64,000 nt of DNA from Octopus sinensis (GCF_006345805.1 NW_021835991.1:372001-436000), one strand, 5' to 3'; shown: positions 25,957-39,065, counted from the stretch's first letter. The notes: generated from the sequence alone by a model not told the origin. Program-made: numbers and translations.

Positions 25957-26572
25957 TATGTCGCGAGCGCAGCGCGCGACCGAGCGCTAGACGCGACTTT
26001 GACAGCTAACAAGCCTGTCATCAACAAATATATTTATTAAATTATTTAAAATTTTAACATGATTTAAAATTAAAATTGAAATAACTTAAGTTTTCCATTG
26101 AATCCCATAAAATAATTTATAAGTAGACCTTAATAGAAAAAGTAAAATCAATGAATACTGAACGCTAATTTGGTTTAGGTTGTGAGGGGGGTAATAATTT
26201 AACAGATCTCATTGCTATTTTTTTCGTTTTAATCTCTAAAATTAGGTCTTCTAATCAAAAATGAACTGTGCAGACAGGCTTGCTCCTTCAGAAGATTCTT
26301 GTTTTGACATTTTAATAAATTATGAAGCATTTAGATTTTTTCTCATTATTCTAAAATATCCATTATAAATTTTAAAATATTATTTTTATTTATGAAATCG
26401 GTTTTAAAGCTCATTCTGCTTTGGCATCGATTTTAAATTTTGTTATCGAATATATTTAAACCCAAATACCAGCCTGGGTATTTGTCAATTTATAGATTTG
26501 TTGATTGATCGGATCTAGAAATTGAGTGGTCGCTCGCTGCGCTCGGTCGCTCGCTGCGCTCGCGACATATTA
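25957..26572. repeat. GC-rich inverted-repeat pair (tatgtcgcgagcgcagcg(c/a)gcgaccgagcgc) around AT-rich DNA; unclassified non-autonomous element
   Basis: 25957-25987 is the reverse complement of ~26541-26571; a related atgtcgcgagcg motif occurs at ~28499. Confidence 0.6.
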
Positions 26573-26869
26573 TTTGAAGAAAACCAAAAGAAGGGATCAT
26601 TAATTATTTGGATTGATGTGTAACATACCACTGACATACCATAAACAAAGTCATTGAAGAAGTCGCTACTAATAATTGCTACGAGACATTTTTTCAATAA
26701 TTTGCTTTGATCTTTGTAAAAAATAATTTAATGCCTGATTGCGGGAATTTAGATTATAAATTCTTTTGACAGTCTGTTTATAGACCTGCACATCTAACAT
26801 TTCAACAACTTGATGTATTATTATTACTATCAGTGGATCGGCAATATCAACAAAAATTTCAATCAAAAA

Positions 26870-27104
26870 AAGAAGGGATTTTTAATCAAAGAAGTTTTAC
26901 CGGAACAAGATGTAAAACCGTCTGGGAATTCTATACGGATGTCAAAAAAGAAAGGGTTGAAAAATAAAGAATTACAAAAGAAGGAATCTAAAAACAGCAC
27001 ATTATTGCTATGCAGTTATTGTGGGAGAGGATATGGTTTTAAAAGTGCATTAAAGATGCATGTGCAAACGCACCTTCTGCTCTGTAAATGTAAGGTGTGC
27101 GGAA
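26870..27104 (+). pseudogene. Snail/Slug-like C2H2 zinc-finger fragment, truncated
   Basis: CSYCGRGYGFKSALKMHVQTHLLLCKCKVCG resembles Snail-family ALKMHIRTHTLPCKCKICG; similarity ends where pogo sequence begins. Confidence 0.7.
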
Positions 27105-27909
27105 ACTGTATTGATGACACACCTTGCAGCTCTTCTCTCAAAAATCTTTTTTAAGAAGTTCTTCCTCGAACTCTGGGAACATTGCTTTTCTTCCTGATGC
27201 TTTTGCTGTTGCTTTTTCTTTCAGTGATGAGTTTTTCTTCTTTCTCCAACCACGGATTTTAATTTGACTAATATTGAATTTTCTTCCAGCTTCTCTGTTG
27301 CCCTCTGCTATTTTGATGACTTTTGAACGCTGCGGTACAACTTGCTCTTTTTGATGCCATGTTGCTTGTACAATGTCTAAAACTGAACTAAGACGAGTAC
27401 GGGGATAGAAGGGGTAGTGATGGTTCCGACTTTATAATTTTCGATCGGCTTTACGAGATGACGTAAATCAAAAATTTATATTCGTAGCCAGCGCGGCAGG
27501 CCTCGAAACTCAATCAATCAACCAGCGCTGTCAGGGTAAGTCATAGTGTTTTTATACTGTTACAGGAAAAATAATGGCATAGTCTATTTTTCTCCATCGC
27601 ATTCTACTTTCCAGCTTATTAATGCATGATTGTGATGTTTGTGAGGGTTGATCTTTAATATACGTGTATTTTGAGTTTAAAGTTGGAAATTGCACAATGT
27701 CCGTCCGTGAAGTAAGTTTGACAATCTGTCGAACATTTGTAATTTATTTTGATTATTGATTATAAAGCGCACCCAATCTATTGGAATTAATTTTTTTTAT
27801 ATTTAAATTTTGAATTAGATCATTCATTAAACAGTATTATGTTTTTTTATGACAGTTTTGAAATTAATTATATGGCAAAAATCTGCGTGTCATAATCGAG
27901 AAAATACGG
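27104..27909 (-). mobile_element. pogo (POGK-like) transposon 5' relic with terminal repeat
   Basis: MASKRASCTAAFK..GNREAGRKFNISQIKIRGWRK helix-turn-helix start; terminus ..ataatcgagaaaatacgg|TA at 27909. Confidence 0.7.
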
Positions 27910-28069
27910 TACTTTTAAATTTGTAAAAATGATTAAATAAATACAATGGAACTTGTCTAAACTGAGTACGATTCTATCGTTATCTGGATTACCAGTATTA
28001 CCAACATCTGCTTTTTCACCACAACTGGAATAAGGTTCAATGGAATAGTATCACTTCCTGGAATCTATA

Positions 28070-28395
28070 GCCAGCCATTGGATGCTTTGAGATCATCAAA
28101 GCCAAGGGATTTTGCAGATAAAATTGCTTTCGTCTGAATGATAGGTCTAGATATCACATAGTAAAGAGATCTGAAGTCGTTCCCGAGTGAACTTATAATT
28201 GCAATTAAAATATTTTTCTTTGTGTTCAATTGTCATGTATATGTCCAAATATTTATTATAGTTTTTCAGGAAATCCGATATATTGCTAGTTCCAATACCA
28301 TATTTTTTGCTTAAATCTTTCTGTGTTAACGTGGTGTAAATTGAACATACTTCATGAGTTTAACATTATCAAGTTTACAACAAGCACGTTTCATT
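28070..28395 (-). mobile_element. Tigger/CENP-B-type transposase N-terminal relic
   Basis: LTQKDLSKKYGIGTSNISDFLKN and ISRPIIQTKA..LGFDDLKASNGWL. Confidence 0.65.
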
Positions 28396-28535
28396 TTTTT
28401 TCTAAATAAGCTTTAACAAGGCAATGTTAATTAAGTGAATTTATGATGTTAGTTCTTTGATTGAGAGGACGCGCGAATAGATAGGCAGTTTCCGCGCAAT
28501 GTCGCGAGCGAAATGCGCTGAAAAAGCCAGCTAGA

Positions 28536-28885
28536 CTCACGTCTCTCGTGACTTTTCTTCGAGATCATCAAACATCGGCATTCGTTCTTGTGTTGATTTA
28601 TCCCTCCCTTGTTACCTTTCCTCGTTGTCTGCCTCTGCTAGTTCCTTCAACTCTGTTCTCTTCCCCTCCCCTGAACAGTCCGAGTTGTTGGAATATGCGG
28701 CGGGTGTCAACATGTGGATTTCTCGTGGGCTTAAAATCCCGGACGTCCCCTCAGTTCAAAAGAACTGGGATGAGATACATTGTTCGCATACACTCGAAGA
28801 TATCCGCCTACGTGCTGACCAGTTTCAGTTGGCAAGCATGGGAATGAGATCATCCGTTCGGAGACTGGCGTGCAACAGGGTGACC
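28536..28885 (+). mobile_element. CRE-like retrotransposon internal fragment
   Basis: GIRSCVDLSLPCYLSS..QKNWDEI..ADQFQLA parallels GLRSPADIALPAFLSS..QRCWDDL..SDQSRLA of the 54-56 kb element. Confidence 0.7.
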
Positions 28886-29526
28886 CGCTAGGGAATTTGG
28901 AGGCATCGTCCAATTTGAAAATCAAAAAAAAATTTATTAACAAACTTGAAACAATTCTAGAACTAAATTAGCTCCCCAAAAATGAAAGGAAATTTTAATT
29001 TAATCATTCTGAGTTAATTAAATTAATCGATGAAAATTATTATAATTATGAACATGATTAAAATCACATGGATATGCTGTTACAGTTTGAATCTTGGAAG
29101 TTAATTGTTAATTGAAGGGGCAAAAAAGTTCAAAATTAATTAGTGATCTTGTAGATGAGATCTTTTGATATCGAAATTCTCCTTTGTAGGTTATACTGTT
29201 TTAATATACACGCTTCGTTAATTTATATTAGTCGGTTACCACATAATCCACCTTTCTAAAAGAGTTCAGACCCATAATTCTAATTGGATGTACTTTAAAA
29301 AAAGACTCCTGTCGTATCATAGTTAAGGAAACAGACTTTTCAATCGTTGATTGTAATGTTAATTCCTCTAAATACAGTTTGAATCTTGCAGTTTTTTTTA
29401 ATTTTCATCTCAACAAAAAGCAAATAGTCAAATATTAAACTTAATTCCGATTTGTATGATTCACAAAAAGAGACTAATTTGCAAATAAAGAATATACAAG
29501 TTTAAGAATGCTAAATATTCCGACGA

Positions 29527-32109
29527 TCATAGTTTCCCTGAATTTGACTTATTAAAATATACAAATAAAATATTTCTTAACTGGATAGCCAATTTACAAA
29601 GACCTGTATCATCAGGCAAAACGTCAAGTGCTTCAAGAGTAAGCTCCATCGCTGTTAAGTAATCACCAGTACTCATTAGTTCTCTGCAACGTCACAAATG
29701 TCAAAACTACCTAATCCCCGAACAATCATACCCCACGTCAGCTCCCTCAAAACTATCCTCGACATATAATTCTACGATATCAATAACCCACCAGAACTAT
29801 CAGCAATTGAAGACAACAAGGACGATTCTGAGTCACCCACGTCTCTCACATCAGAAGCATTCGAAGAATCGGATGCTAAAACCATGCCACCTTTAAACTA
29901 AAATAAAACAGAATACCGTCTTGCGAAGATTCACTCTCAAATATCAAAGCATTAGAAAAACGTTCTTCTAAAGACGATTCTCTGGATGGACAAACATCTG
30001 AAATAGAAATGACTGAAAAATCAAATAAAACGAGATTACCTTCTTGTTCGCACTCAGAATTAGGAATAGAAGAACAATCAACTGCCAATTGATCAAGGTG
30101 GTCTATCGCGAGTTTGGTTCTCTCTTCATTCACGAAAGTCTCGCTGGATCCAGAAAATGTTAATTCATGATTTGAAACACCATAACAATCTAGAACTGAC
30201 ATTTTACGAATTTTACCAGGAAAACCAATTAAACTCTTCAGACAGTCCGCAAACTCTGATGGAATAGAGGAAGTAAGCTCGTTCAACTGTTCTTTGGTTC
30301 TCGAAACACGAGCATCCTCAATATTGAACTTGAAAAGCTCGTAGAGTTCAAGATACGAAAAATGTCGGTTAAGTGATGTATTTTCTGTATCCCCAGGGAC
30401 AGTTACTCCTCGGTTTATAGTGTCTTTGAATATTTGCCGACGATAAATAAACTCCTCGACGGTCCCACAACTGATTAGCCTATAAACCACCACTGGGCGG
30501 GTTTGACCGACTCTATGAGCCCTTCCAATGGCTTGACTATCACTAGCAGGATTCCAACTCGGATCGTCTTAAAATTAAACCCAAAATTGATGTACATATC
30601 AAAACTCTGTCCGCAAAGGTCAAAGTAAGTCCAACTCCTCCAACCATTGTCGTCAAAAGCAAAAAATTTGGGGATTTTACTGGGTTTTGAAAGGCGTCCA
30701 CAATTTCTCCTCTCCTTTCCATTTGGACATTTCCGTCCATTCGAAGTAATCGGTGACCCTGAAATGTTTCAAAAAACTCCAACTTGGCTAAGAAGAATCT
30801 TCTCAAGAATGTCAAGAACTTTCAGAGATCGAGAGAAAACGAGTGTCCGATGTCCATCTTTTGCCAAAGTGTTAAGCAATCGGACAGCAAATGCCAGTTT
30901 TCCAGATCCCTTGATGAGGGAGAGAGGATCAGGGGACTGCTGTTTCAACCGACGGTAACTTAAAATCAACCAAAAATATACAGCAATTCCACATCAGGAT
31001 CCCCATTGGACTCTTTAAGTAATGTTTCCACCACAGAAATATGAAGAAGGTCAGGATGGTCACAAAGTTTTTTCAAATTGACAATCTCAATGAGTGGGGA
31101 CCTCGTCGAAGTCATTGACTGGGATTACATAAGAGAATACCTCTCTGACTTGTTTGGAGGACAATAATTGTTGATAGATTGATATTTGATGATCATTCAA
31201 AAAAGTCCAACATACCAAATCCAGTTTTGGTGGGATTTCAGACAGACCAGTCGATTTAAGTTCAATTTGGTCTTTAGTTCTCCGCAGAATGAGAGGATCA
31301 ACCATTTCTTTAAGTTTTCTAAGTCGAGTCTCCCCCAATCCTTGGACAACTGCACTCGTTCCTCGCTCATTTGCCTAAAATGAAAGAAAATAACACACTC
31401 TGCTGATTTTTGTAGCGAAAGTTTCCTTAAAGTGCTTCATCGTCCCCAATTGATGGGTTCCACTCGTAACAAAATCCACAAGTGCCCACAATTCCTAGAA
31501 TAGCCTAAAATAAAGACCATAAGATTGTTCTGCAAAGGTGTCCCAGTGAGGGCTAATCGTCGATGACTCTTCAAAGAATTAAGGATTTTAGCAGATTTGG
31601 TTTGATTTCGGAGAACATGTGCCTCATCCACTACGATCAAGTCCTATGATAAGAAAAAAACAGTACAAAAAATGTGTTTCTCAGGTTGTCTGCAGAGTTG
31701 AGGACTGTGGTGTAGGTCGTCAAAAGGACCCCCCGACGATTCAAAAAACGACGGAAATATTCTAGCTTTTCTCTTCCGTAGAATTTATAATATGGAAATG
31801 TAGTTTTCCTGGAAATAATGTTAAGAAATAACAGACCATTTAGAAATTTCATTTTCCCAATTCTTGAGGAGATTGGCAGGAACAATTATTAGAATGAGAA
31901 GAGAAGTGTCTTCTTCATATAGAGACTGGATGTATGCGATAGCTTGAAGAGTTTTTCCGAGTCTGGATTAGTTAATATGGAAAATACCCCATCTCATCAC
32001 CCAGGATTGCCCCTTTTGATTTTTGTAAGGTCTTTTGGATCCATAAAACACCGTCTCGTTGGTAATCAAATAGTTTTTTGATTATGGAATCACAACAACG
32101 CATTTCCAT
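29527..32109 (-). CDS. ERCC6L: ERCC6L/PICH-like SNF2 helicase, ~15 exons
   Basis: [75 protein letters not shown], and a C-terminal TPR-like [21 protein letters not shown]. Introns of 22-28 nt (e.g. 31963-31987, 31809-31836, 31644-31666, 31495-31517, 31375-31398, 31119-31140, 30959-30981, 30759-30783, 30568-30595). Start and last exons less certain. Confidence 0.85.
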
Positions 32110-32192
32110 ATTATAATATGATCCCGCGTAGTTTAATTATTATATAATGTGATACAATAAAAAATATACTATTTAACTATTTTCATAAAAAT

Positions 32193-33040
32193 TCAGATTT
32201 GATTTCGAACCGAAATTGTATACGCTGACGATGTGGATTTTGTATCACACGACACAGCAACCCTGAGACGGTTACTTGATGTTTCCCCTGCAGAGCTTGG
32301 AAAATGGTTCCTCACTGTGAACACAACCAAAACGGAAATCACGGAAGTCGCACGTACGAATTCAAGACTAGATGATAAATGGAGACGTTCCAGAAAACTG
32401 GGCACACTCCTCGGAGATAGTAAGGACATTACCCGGAGGAAAGTACTATCGACGGCCGCGTTAAACAGGCTGAAAACGGATTGGTTGGCTAACAGGCCGG
32501 CAACGACTGCGCTTCGTTTGCGCCTCTACAATGCATTTGTGAAACCGGTCTTGCTATACAACTCCTCCTGTTGGGAGATCTCTGCTTCCGAAATTAAAAA
32601 CCTTAACTCCTCCCACCGAAGACTACTGCGTATATTATGTGGGGTACAATGGCCGACCCGGATCAACAACGGGGCACTTTACAGTAAATGCTCAGCGCAA
32701 CCTGTAACTCTGGATGTGATGGAAGCCCGATGGAGACTGTTTGGACATGTCCTACGGATAGACCTGATGTCACCCGCAAATTTGGCAATGGAAGAATATT
32801 TTGCCGCTAGTGAAAAGAAATTTCGGGGACGCCCGCGCATCACTCTACCGGAGGTGCTGGATGCTGACCTCAAATCAATCAACCGCAAGCTTAAAAATTG
32901 GGAGGATCTGAACGCAATGAGAAGTCTAGCATGCAACAGGGGAGGTTAAACAATGATTATCAAGAAAATCGTTTCAAGTGCCGCACGTGTGGAAATATAA
33001 CTATTATGTTTCTACGGAAGTTGCGGATAATAATAATAAG
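32193..33040 (+). mobile_element. 5'-truncated RTE-clade LINE (copy A, premature stop at 32947)
   Basis: YADDVDF..RLYNAFVKPVLLYNSSCW..RWRLFGHVLR..FRGRPRITL; (TAA)n tail. Confidence 0.9.
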
Positions 33041-33507
33041 TCTCACTTCTTAGCTCTACATTCTTGTATTAGTAATTCCATCTTTTAAAGTGTCCTTTTT
33101 AGATTATCAAATTGTTTATCTCAATCTGTTAACAGATGTCTTTGTCAATCCATCCAATTCTGTATTCAACTCGTATTTTTAGGAGGGTTTTTCTTATCAA
33201 AATAATCTGAATATATGCCTTTATTGAATTACCTACTTTGAGCGCATGTAAAAATTGCCTACAATACCATTTTACGTTAGCACCATAGGTACAATGTTCA
33301 ATTTAGCAATATGAAATCTAATTCACTGACAAGCAGGCCGTATTTATGCATTTTCCCGATTCAACTTGTTTCAATAGTTATCCAAACTTCAATTAAGGTT
33401 TTCGTCTATTTATTTTATCTAACATAAAAATAATCAGTTTATTGTTCTGGCAATTGACATCGGTGAAATATATTGTATAGAAACTGTATTCACATAAGTA
33501 TTATGAA

Positions 33508-33838
33508 GAATATACCATTTCTCATACTAAATGGGATTAACAAGAAACTAAGTAAAATCAATAGAAACATAAATGAACTCAATGACAAACGACGTATGAT
33601 TACCAGGAAACTAAGTGGCCTCAATAGAAAACTAAGTGGGATTAATACCAAACTAAATGGAATTAACACCAAACTCTTTTCACGTGAGCTTGATATTTCT
33701 CTTCTAATAATTTACGTGACATTTTTATTCTATAATATTTCTAACTAAAGTAATCATTCGTTTTATGCCCACTTTGTTATTGATTCCACGTAGTTTTTTA
33801 TTGATTCCATTCATTTAGTATGGGAATTGATATATTTT
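33508..33838. repeat. Foldback/MITE-like element with imperfect inverted ends and ~21-bp internal repeats (copy at ~50909-51239)
   Basis: aatataccatttctcatactaaatg pairs imperfectly with catttagtatgggaattgatatatt; repeated ..aaactaa(g/a)tgg.. units. Confidence 0.55.
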
Positions 33839-34154
33839 ACTGGTCAAGTCAACTGGTTTATGAAATTAAAGAAAACAAGCATTCTACTCCGAAAAAACTT
33901 GCAAAAAAACGCAGATTTAAATCACAGATCACAGTAATAAAACTATAAGAATCTGTTTAAATTTTAGGAAAATAGTACTGATTTTTATTACGCTGCCATT
34001 TCTGTCACAGATGAGTTAAAAAATTAAATTCATCAAAAAAATTTATATATCGATTGCTAGTGATGTAAATATTAATTTTGTAACATATATGGACAACTTG
34101 CTATGCATTTAGTCTGCCATTTTACTACTAACGCAAATAAGTTTTTCATGCTAC

Positions 34155-34333
34155 TGATTGCGTTGGAGACGTCGGGTGCTCTTGGTCTGAAGACGGAAAA
34201 CTTCTTCCGCAAGCTCGGGGTAAAAATATCCATGCGCACTCACGATCCTCTGGAGGTGCACTGGCTTTTCCAGCGGTTCTCGATCGCCGTACTTAGGGAG
34301 AACAGTTTGGCAATCCGTCAGGCCGCTGGCTAA
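34155..34333 (+). mobile_element. CRE-like retrotransposon extreme 3' fragment
   Basis: IALETSGALG..WLFQRFSIAVLREN..*. Confidence 0.75.
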
Positions 34334-34799
34334 CAAAACGTAATTAATTCATACAAATATGTGACAAAAGTTTTCAAGAAAAATGATTTCATCACACAGA
34401 ATAAGGTTTTCAATTTTTAGACTTAAAAAAAATATATTCTATGTCATTAGAGTTTTATCGACTAAGAATCGGTACCGTTAAATTATGAAAAGCTAAAAAT
34501 ACATTTTATAATAGTACATAAAATATATTTTAAATGAAAAACGGCAAGCTACGGTGCATATCGCTCAAAGAGTTGGATTTGATTAAATAATTCTAATTTA
34601 TGGCGATCTCATAAAGCTGAACCTGTCCAATTTCTATTTCATGAGATAAATTTTATGCGGCATGACACTGACACCAGTTACGTTAAGAAAAGTCGTTTTA
34701 TGATTAAATAGAGCTGCCGATTTCAAAATATTTTGTGAGGGAACGAGGAGTCAAATTAGATAACAGAAATAGAATTTTTGATAAAATTCTCTCCAGAAT

Positions 34800-36278
34800 T
34801 GGCTTCGGTCCTACGTTCGATGCTTAAAAATTCCTCATGGTTTTAAAAATATTAATATGAATAATCTTGGGATTCAATATGCAAATAGCAATAAATCTTG
34901 GATGACCAGTTTAATTTTTAAAAACTGGGTTGAACGGATAAATTCCAAAATGAGTGTGGAAAATAGAAAGATTTTGCTTCTTTTAGATAATGGGCCAGTT
35001 TACTATTTTGATGGCGAATTCAGTAATATCGAATTGTATTTTCTTCCTCCAAAGACAACATCTAAGATTCAACCAATTGATCAAGGGATTGTGCATTTAA
35101 ATCGTTGTATAAAAAAGGAATGACTAGAAATTTGAATATGGGAACAAATATAGGAACATTGTCATATACAGATGAACTTACCAAATTCAAATTAGTGAAT
35201 GCTCTACCTTTAATTATTGAGGCTTGGAACGAAGTCACAGTGGACACTATCAAAAATTGCTTTAACAAGGCATTAAATAATTGGGCGAAGATAGATGAAA
35301 AAATACTTGAAGAATCCACTGACGAAAAAGGTATTAAATTTAAATCACCTTACAATTAAAGATAATAAAAGTGAAATTATGATTGAGTTTCCTGTCTGTG
35401 CACCTGTCGTCTGGAAGAAAACGCGTATCTTGATACAATACAATGTGAGGAAGAAAATGAGCATGAAGAAATAGATAGCACAAATGACAATCCCATTGGT
35501 TATGCAGATGCACTTAAATATTTGGAAAATATTGAAAAATATTTTTTGCAAGAATCTGGTGAACATATTCACCTAATTACAAATTTGAGAAATATATTGG
35601 CAAAAATTAAAAAGAAGGAACCTAAAATTACCGATTACATGACACATTTTTAATTAAACAATTTTTTTCGTTAAATTCATTTAACGGATGCTCAATTTTC
35701 ATTTTCGTTAAATGAATAGTCTACTGTATTATGCTTGGAACAAAATAGAAAGTTCCTTAATTTTAAATTGTTTCATTCATGCAAAATGGACTCAAAACAA
35801 TGAAAATATTAATTATGAAAATCCCTTAATTGAAAATTATGATAATATTCTGGAAAAAATGGATATTATTGATACGTTAGAAGAAAGTCTTTATATTGAG
35901 ATTGAATATAATGAAAGTGAAGAACTTGAATTAAATAATTCAGAAAAAATAGAACAAGAAATTAGCGAAGAACCGTGTGAACAAAGTCAGAAAGTTGTTA
36001 CCATTAACGAGGCTTTTACCGCTTTAAACAAATTAAAAGAGTTCTATAATCAAGAAGAATTCTTTAATATAGAAAATCTTGAGTATATTGAAAACATTGG
36101 ATCTTCAATGATCCAAACTCTAAGAAGAAACAAGTCGAAACTTACTGATTTTTTTGTTTTTAATTAATTATTTTGGCTTAATAATTTAAATTATTAATGG
36201 ATTAAAAAATCGATAAGTCTCTCGAATCCGCCAATTTTGGGGATCGGCAAAATCTGGCGGATTCGAGAGATTTTACTG
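34800..36278 (+). mobile_element. Two fused Tigger/pogo DDE_1 transposase relics ending in a hairpin terminal repeat
   Basis: NKSWMTS..RKILLLLDN..FLPPKTTSKIQPIDQGI..AWNEV..IKNCF, then a second AWNKI..ILNCF C-terminus. Palindrome tctctcgaatccgcca/tggcggattcgagaga, then ..ttttactg|TA. Confidence 0.8.
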
Positions 36279-36329
36279 TACTTGGAAATGTCAGAATCAA
36301 AACTGTTCAAAATACAAGACCACATTGTC

Positions 36330-36787
36330 AATTATCGATATATTTGATTTCTTGTTAAATTAAAAGCTAATAAGTGAAGAAACAAACAGTTTATTCTCGA
36401 AGGAAGTCCTTTGAAAAAAATTAGCACGTGTTATGCACGTTGTTTTTTCTTCTGTTGTGCTTTTGGTTGTTAATTATCGTTATATTTGATTTCTTGTTAA
36501 ACTAAAAGTTAATAAGTGAAGAAACAAACAGTTTATTCTCGAAGGAAGTCCTTTGAAGAAAATTAGCACGTGTTATGCACGTTGTTTTTTTCTTCTGTTG
36601 TGCTTCTGGTTGTTAATTATCGATATATTTGATTTCTTGTTAAATTAAAAGTTAATAAGTGAAGAAACAAACAGTTTATTCTCGAAGGAAGTCCTTTGAA
36701 GAAAATTAGCACGTGTTATTTACGTTGTTTTTTCTTCTGTTGTGCTTCTGGTTGTTAATTATCGATATATTTGATTTCTTGTTAAAT
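36330..36787. repeat. Tandem repeat, 142-143-bp unit, ~3.2 copies
   Basis: aattatcg.. recurs at 36330, 36472, 36615, 36757. Confidence 0.9.
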
Positions 36788-36879
36788 TTTTTGACCGTAA
36801 TTCTTGTACTTGTTTACAATGGAGGAATCTATACGTTTGAAATAGATTTCTACACTATTGTAACCTATACAAGATAAGT

Positions 36880-37060
36880 TGCAAAAATTGGGTCCGGAGA
36901 AACCATGGTATTAAATTGGATAAACATCCAGTATTTTCTTTTATAATGAATTCCAATTACTCCGAAATACTTACAACCCAGAGTGAGGCTATTGGATTAG
37001 CTCACAATGCGATTAAACAAACAGCACAGACTGACCGATTTACGGGAGGATTTTCCCATA
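36880..37060 (+). pseudogene. Proteasome beta-subunit C-terminal fragment
   Basis: IGSGE.. and MNSNYSEILTTQSEAIGLAHNAIKQTAQTDRFTGG resemble the beta-subunit GSG..EA..LA..AI..A..RD..SGG pattern; upstream part disrupted. Confidence 0.5.
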
Positions 37061-37565
37061 TTATAAATGCATATATAATACTTTATTTTATACAATATCA
37101 CTCCATAAAATAATCAATCAATTAAATTTCAAAAAAGATTTAAAAAAGAAGATTAAAAAATAAAATCGATGTAAACACGCGATTGGCATACCTTGTTGTT
37201 TTGCTACATTATTTGGTAGATCATAATTTTTTTATTGAATTCATTTGTAATTTTTGTAAGTTTATTCCTTCAATCTGTATATTCTACTTATTTTGAAATT
37301 TTGAAAATTGAATTTCATCCTATTTTGAATGAAAATTGTTATTCTTTATGACACACTTTTATTTATGGCGGAGAGAGATTGAATTATTTTCAAACCATAA
37401 TATTCTTTTTTATTAATTTATTGTAGTTGTCAACTCCTTTTGATTGTTTATTGCCGTATTTTATTCGTTATTTTGAAACCATAATTCGGAAGGGGAAGGA
37501 CGTGAAACTTGTACGATTACTCATCAACAATTCTTAGAACAGCTATGGGTTTATCATATTTATAT

Positions 37566-38453
37566 TTATTGCCATATTTTATTCGTAATATTCCTTTTGA
37601 TTAATTTATAGTTGTCAACTCCTTTTGATTGTTTATTGCCATATTTTATTCGTTATTTTCAAACCATAATATTCCTTTTCATTAATTTATAGTTGTCAAC
37701 TCCTTTTGATTGTTTATTGCCATATTTTATTCGTTATTTTCAAACCATAATATTCCTTTTCATTAATTTATAGTTGTCAACTCCTTTTGATTGTTTATTG
37801 CCATATTTTATTCGTTATTTTCAAACCATAATATTCCTTTTCATTAATTTATAGTTGTCAACTCCTTTTGATTGTTTATTGCCATATTTTATTCGTTATT
37901 TTCAAACCATAATATTCCTTTTCATTAATTTATAGTTGTCAACTCCTTTTGATTGTTTATTGCCATATTTTATTCGTTATTTTCAAACCATAATATTCCT
38001 TTTCATTAATTTATAGTTGTCAACTCCTTTTGATTGTTTATTGCCATATTTTATTCGTTATTTTCAAACCATAATATTCCTTTTCATTAATTTATAGTTG
38101 TCAACTCCTTTTGATTGTTTATTGCCATATTTTATTCGTTATTTTCAAACCATAATATTCCTTTTCATTAATTTATAGTTGTCAACTCCTTTTGATTGTT
38201 TATTGCCATATTTTATTCGTTATTTTCAAACCATAATATTCCTTTTCATTAATTTATAGTTGTCAACTCCTTTTGATTGTTTATTGCCATATTTTATTCG
38301 TTATTTTCAAACCATAATATTCCTTTTCATTAATTTATAGTTGTCAACTCCTTTTGATTGTTTATTGCCATATTTTATTCGTTATTTTCAAACCATGATA
38401 TTCCTTTTTGATTAATTTATTGTTGTCAAATCCTTTTGATTGTTTATTGCCGT
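37566..38453. repeat. Minisatellite, 81-bp unit, ~11 near-identical copies
   Basis: ccttttgattgtttattgcc recurs every 81 bp (37621, 37702, ...); stops in all six frames; diverged partial unit at ~37384-37485. Confidence 0.95.
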
Positions 38454-39065
38454 AATTTGCTTTCATCGGAATGAAATCTCGAAATAATAAGATTTTTAAA
38501 CGGAGCCTAGAGATATAATGAATATCATTACCATTTCGTAAATAGTTTTTAACTATAGGACAATGTGAAATATTCAAACTGAGATACAGTTGTTGATATG
38601 AAACATTTATAATAATATCAATGTAAATACTGGGGACAAAATTAAAAAAGAAGTATTTTCCAATAATATTCCGATACGCAGGTACAATATATCTTTAATA
38701 AATTTATAAGAGAGCATTCCAGGAAGTTTATTTTAAAGTAGAATCATATCCCCAAATGATCAACGCTTTATAACACGTGTGTCTGCACTGTTCAAACTCA
38801 TGACTAATGTTATGATTACAACGTATGAATTTGATTCGGTTAGTCCCGAATTTTTAATCAAAAAATAATTGGATTGTAAAATTTAATGGATCGTTGGCTG
38901 TCAAAGAAAAGAAAAATTCAAACACTATGAGAAATATGTCTATATTGCGCGTAGAATTTTCTTCTTGAAATTTATTGTTTACTCAAACTAACAAATCATA
39001 TTTTCAAAAATGATCCAGGCCGAAATTATAGAAATAACTCATTTGTTCACGGTTGGTGAATATTA

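Noticed and set aside
20739-32109. Alternative genetic code (stop read-through as in ciliates)
   Set aside because: Spliced exons translate cleanly with the standard code, and TAA, TAG and TGA all terminate genes in the window.
33473-33748. Heptad coiled-coil ORF (also 50874-51149)
   Set aside because: By-product of ~21-bp internal repeats of a foldback element; no ATG start or other gene evidence.
37566-38453. CRISPR-like array or coding repeat
   Set aside because: Units are contiguous and identical with no unique spacers; stops in all six frames; eukaryotic context.
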